32,000 bases of DNA from Methanopyrus kandleri AV19 (GTDB lineage: Archaea > JAADCQ01 > Methanopyri > Methanopyrales > Methanopyraceae), in contig NC_003551.1 in assembly GCF_000007185.1 (NCBI RefSeq), positions 270,001 through 302,000 on the forward strand, in the 5' to 3' direction. Shown in pieces: positions 29,530-32,000 of the stretch. A program made the position numbers and the translations under genes. Position 1 is the first letter of the stretch, and every line of letters begins with the position of its first letter. The notes beneath the pieces were generated by a model. That model made no database searches, was not told the origin of the DNA, and was given only the letters and a program-made list of their open reading frames with translations.

Positions 29530-29603
29530 TGGGCCCGCCGGGATTTGAACCCGGGACCACCGGCTCGTCAGGCCGGCGTTCTGCCGGGCTGAACTGCGGG
29601 CCC
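29530..29603 (-). tRNA. tRNA-Val(GAC), C at position 8, no encoded CCA
   Basis: Reverse complement GGGCCCG-C-A-GTTC..GAAC-G-CCGGC-CTGACGA-GCCGG-TGGTC-CCGGG-TTCAAAT-CCCGG-CGGGCCC-A folds as a cloverleaf. Confidence 0.95.
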
Positions 29604-29622
29604 GTCCCCGCCACAGTTGAGG

Positions 29623-31078
29623 TCACTTCTCCCGGTATTTGAGTCTTATGCCCCGGACGGAGCCTCCGAGCGCCTTCAGCGCCCTCTCCGTCCTCTCGGC
29701 CTTGGCCCGGGAGTAGGCGAACCCCACGTCGCTCAGGAACCGCATCACGTCCTCCCGACCGCAGATGAAGAGGCGTTCCGTCACCCTCACCTTACCGTCC
29801 TCCGTCGTGTAACACCGCTCCCGGTTCAGGCCCCATCTACAGCCCGCGACCTCCTCCAACATCTCACCGATCTCGGTCATGAAGAGGTGCAGGGAACCCA
29901 GGTACACGGCCGACTTCGCCTGGGTCAGGCCGATCGCGTACCGACCGTCGGACCCCGTCAGCCATCCGTCCGCCCCGAAGAGACCGGCGAGGAACTCGGC
30001 CTTGACGCCGGGAGGCGCGCGCAGGATCCACCCGGGTACCCCGTAGACGCGCTCGACCTTCGGGCTTCGGGGCATCCCGAGGAGCTCCAGGTAGCGGGCG
30101 AAGGCGCGCGAGTGCACGTGGAGCTCGACCATGTCCTTCGTGTCCCACCGTCTGAGACCCGTCCCGACGCCGAGCGTGGCGAGGTCGTCGGCGAGGTCAC
30201 GGAGACCCTCGGGTTCGCCGGCGAAAGTCAGCCGCAGTTGTCCGTCGATCTCGTGGAGGCTACCGTCGCCGAGGGCGTACCCGAGCACGCGGGCGAGGAG
30301 CGGGATCTTGTGGTCGTCGAGCGCGATCGGGAGGAGACCGCGGCGTCGGAGGTAGGTCCCCTGTCGGTCCGGGAGCCCGGGATCCCGGAGGACGGGTTCA
30401 GGCGGGTCGGAGACCGGTTCGGCCCGGAGTCGCTCGATCCGATGGTCCAGTCGGGTCCCGAGACGGTGGGCCTCGCGCCGCTTGCGGGTGTGGTACGGGA
30501 ACCCGACGTCGGTGAGGAACCCGTGGACGTGGGTGTCCCCGTCGATATGGAGATGGGTGCGGAGGTACTCGCGTCCGGAGGGGCCGGTGGCGACGGCGTG
30601 GACCCCGAGGGTCACCAGGAGGTCCAGGACGTCCCGCATGAAGGCCGCGAGCCCGTCCCGGTGGCGGGCGGGTGAGGTCATCGTCAGGGTGACGCGCGGC
30701 GTGGTCGGGGGAGCTGTCGGCGATGGAGGCCCGGGCGTCGAAGAGACCGGAGAGGTAGGCGGCCTTGAGGTGGGTCGGGACGCGGTGAACGGCGTCGGGA
30801 ACCCTCGGTCCGGTCTCGCGTCGGGGGCCGAGGGGGAGGCCGAGCCGGAGGAGCTCGTCGGCGACAGTCTTGGAGTCGATCTTGAGGGCTCGGGGTTCCG
30901 TCTGGTGGGCGATGTCCAGGGCGCGGAGGTCCCGTCGTAGTCCCTCGAGGGCTCCGGGGTCCACGGCGATGCGCACGCGGCGGACGGTGGTGTTCCGGTC
31001 CCGACGGCGGTACTCGGTGATGGAGCCGCGGGCGGAGACGTAACCCAACACGCGAAACAGTTCGGGGTTGTGTTCCAT
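29623..31078 (-). pseudogene. Free-standing LAGLIDADG homing-endonuclease-like protein with four motifs, frameshifted near G5 run 30707-30711
   Basis: LFRVLGYVSARGSI, LKAAYLSGLFDARASI (ORF 30398..31078) then LLARVLGYALGDGSL, VKAEFLAGLFGADGWL (ORF 29623..30681); the junction TTPRVTLTMTS restores the expected post-P2 strand. Confidence 0.7.
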
Positions 31079-31350
31079 TCCGATGATGCCCGAGCAGTCG
31101 TTCGAGTACCAATGGGTTACCGTGTACGTTCTCGGTTTGCGATAGAAATCATACCGTGCTCGGTGTCAGTGTTAACGTGATGGTGGACGTTTACTTCATT
31201 CCGGAACGTTATCACATCCCGATTCGGGCGTGGTGTGAGCCGTCCGTACTCGGGGGGCGTGAGAAGAGCACTAGTGGCCGCGATTGTCCTGACCACGGAG
31301 GAAGAGCTCGGAGAAACCGACTAAACACCACCGCGACCGGCCGCGGTCCC

Positions 31351-31835
31351 TCACGGGCCCGACCAGGACCGCCCGAACGCGTTCCAGGCCCAAGCCTCAC
31401 CCGGCCGTACCCGACGTAGCACGTCGCCCACCCGTTCCCCGCAGAGCAGCGCCGTCCTCGCGCCCACCACGCGCCAGTCCCGACCCAGCACATCCAGCCG
31501 GGGCGTAGCTACTCCAGGACCCCCGAGCGATGCCAGCTCCTCCACGACCCAGCCCGCATCACCGTCCGACAACCGAACCCCGGACTCCCCGACAGTGCCC
31601 GCCGAACCCCCTCAGCGACCACCTCAGCCCGGGTCTCGTCCAACAGCAGCACGACCGGGTCGTTTCCCACCTGCTCCACCAACAGGCTCGCCGGGGACAG
31701 CTCCATCCCGAGCAACCGATCCGACTCAGGCTCCAGCGCCTGCAGCACCGCATCCAGCACCAGCCAGGCCCCGCCCGGCACCTTTCCGTACGCCTCCACC
31801 AGCGTCGGCTCCAAGTGCACGCGGGTCAAAAACAC
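31351..31835 (-). pseudogene. Candidate single gene split over two frames, unknown function
   Basis: MFLTRVHLEPTLVEAYGKVPGGAWLVLDAVLQ...VVLLLDETRAEVVAEGVRRALSG continues in another frame as ESGVRLSDGDAGWVVEELASLGG...WRVVGARTALLCGERVGDVLRR. Confidence 0.35.
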
Positions 31836-32000
31836 CTGAGGTCACCCTGAGCCCCCCACCCGGCCCGACTAATAAGCACCCACATTCACGTCCGAGCCGC
31901 GGGCCGGCAGGCGTTTCCGAATCACATAATCAGATTTCCTAAAAGCGGCCCGCGAGCGCCCGCACCCCCACACCGGCAGCCTGATCCCCCCACCGGCCGC

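Overview
High-GC archaeal window that looks like Methanopyrus (M. kandleri or a close relative). This is inferred from a split reverse-gyrase subunit (RgyA-like, 358 aa), two tRNA genes with C instead of T at position 8, methanogen-type polyferredoxin and acidic proteins. From 1.2 to 17.2 kb it carries intact, tightly packed core genes: hemL, tRNA-Thr, ribH, pcm, an ASCH-like protein, an MBL hydrolase, a DUF2121/Ntn-like protein, a radical SAM protein, a MIP18-family protein, a flavodoxin-like protein, rgyA, dcd, a metallophosphoesterase, a LarC C-terminal-like protein, MgtC/DUF4010, a NusB+RsmB-like methylase, a small GGDEF-like palm protein and serA. From about 17.3 to 26.2 kb is an accessory island of lineage-restricted secreted or surface-anchored proteins in divergent orientation. 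It includes a paralogue pair, a transglutaminase-like protein and a tiny hydrophobic peptide. Most plus-strand genes in the island appear broken by frameshifts or an in-frame stop, and the GC content changes abruptly inside one member. From 27.6 to 31.9 kb are a ParA-like ATPase with an overlapping partner beside tRNA-Val, a LAGLIDADG protein with four motifs (also frameshifted), and another split ORF. The best leads are the disrupted surface island, the tandem (half-dead) LAGLIDADG protein, the GTEEF palm-domain protein, and a flavodoxin-like gene whose only well-placed start is ATA behind a strong Shine-Dalgarno sequence. All family calls are by eye; no searches were run.
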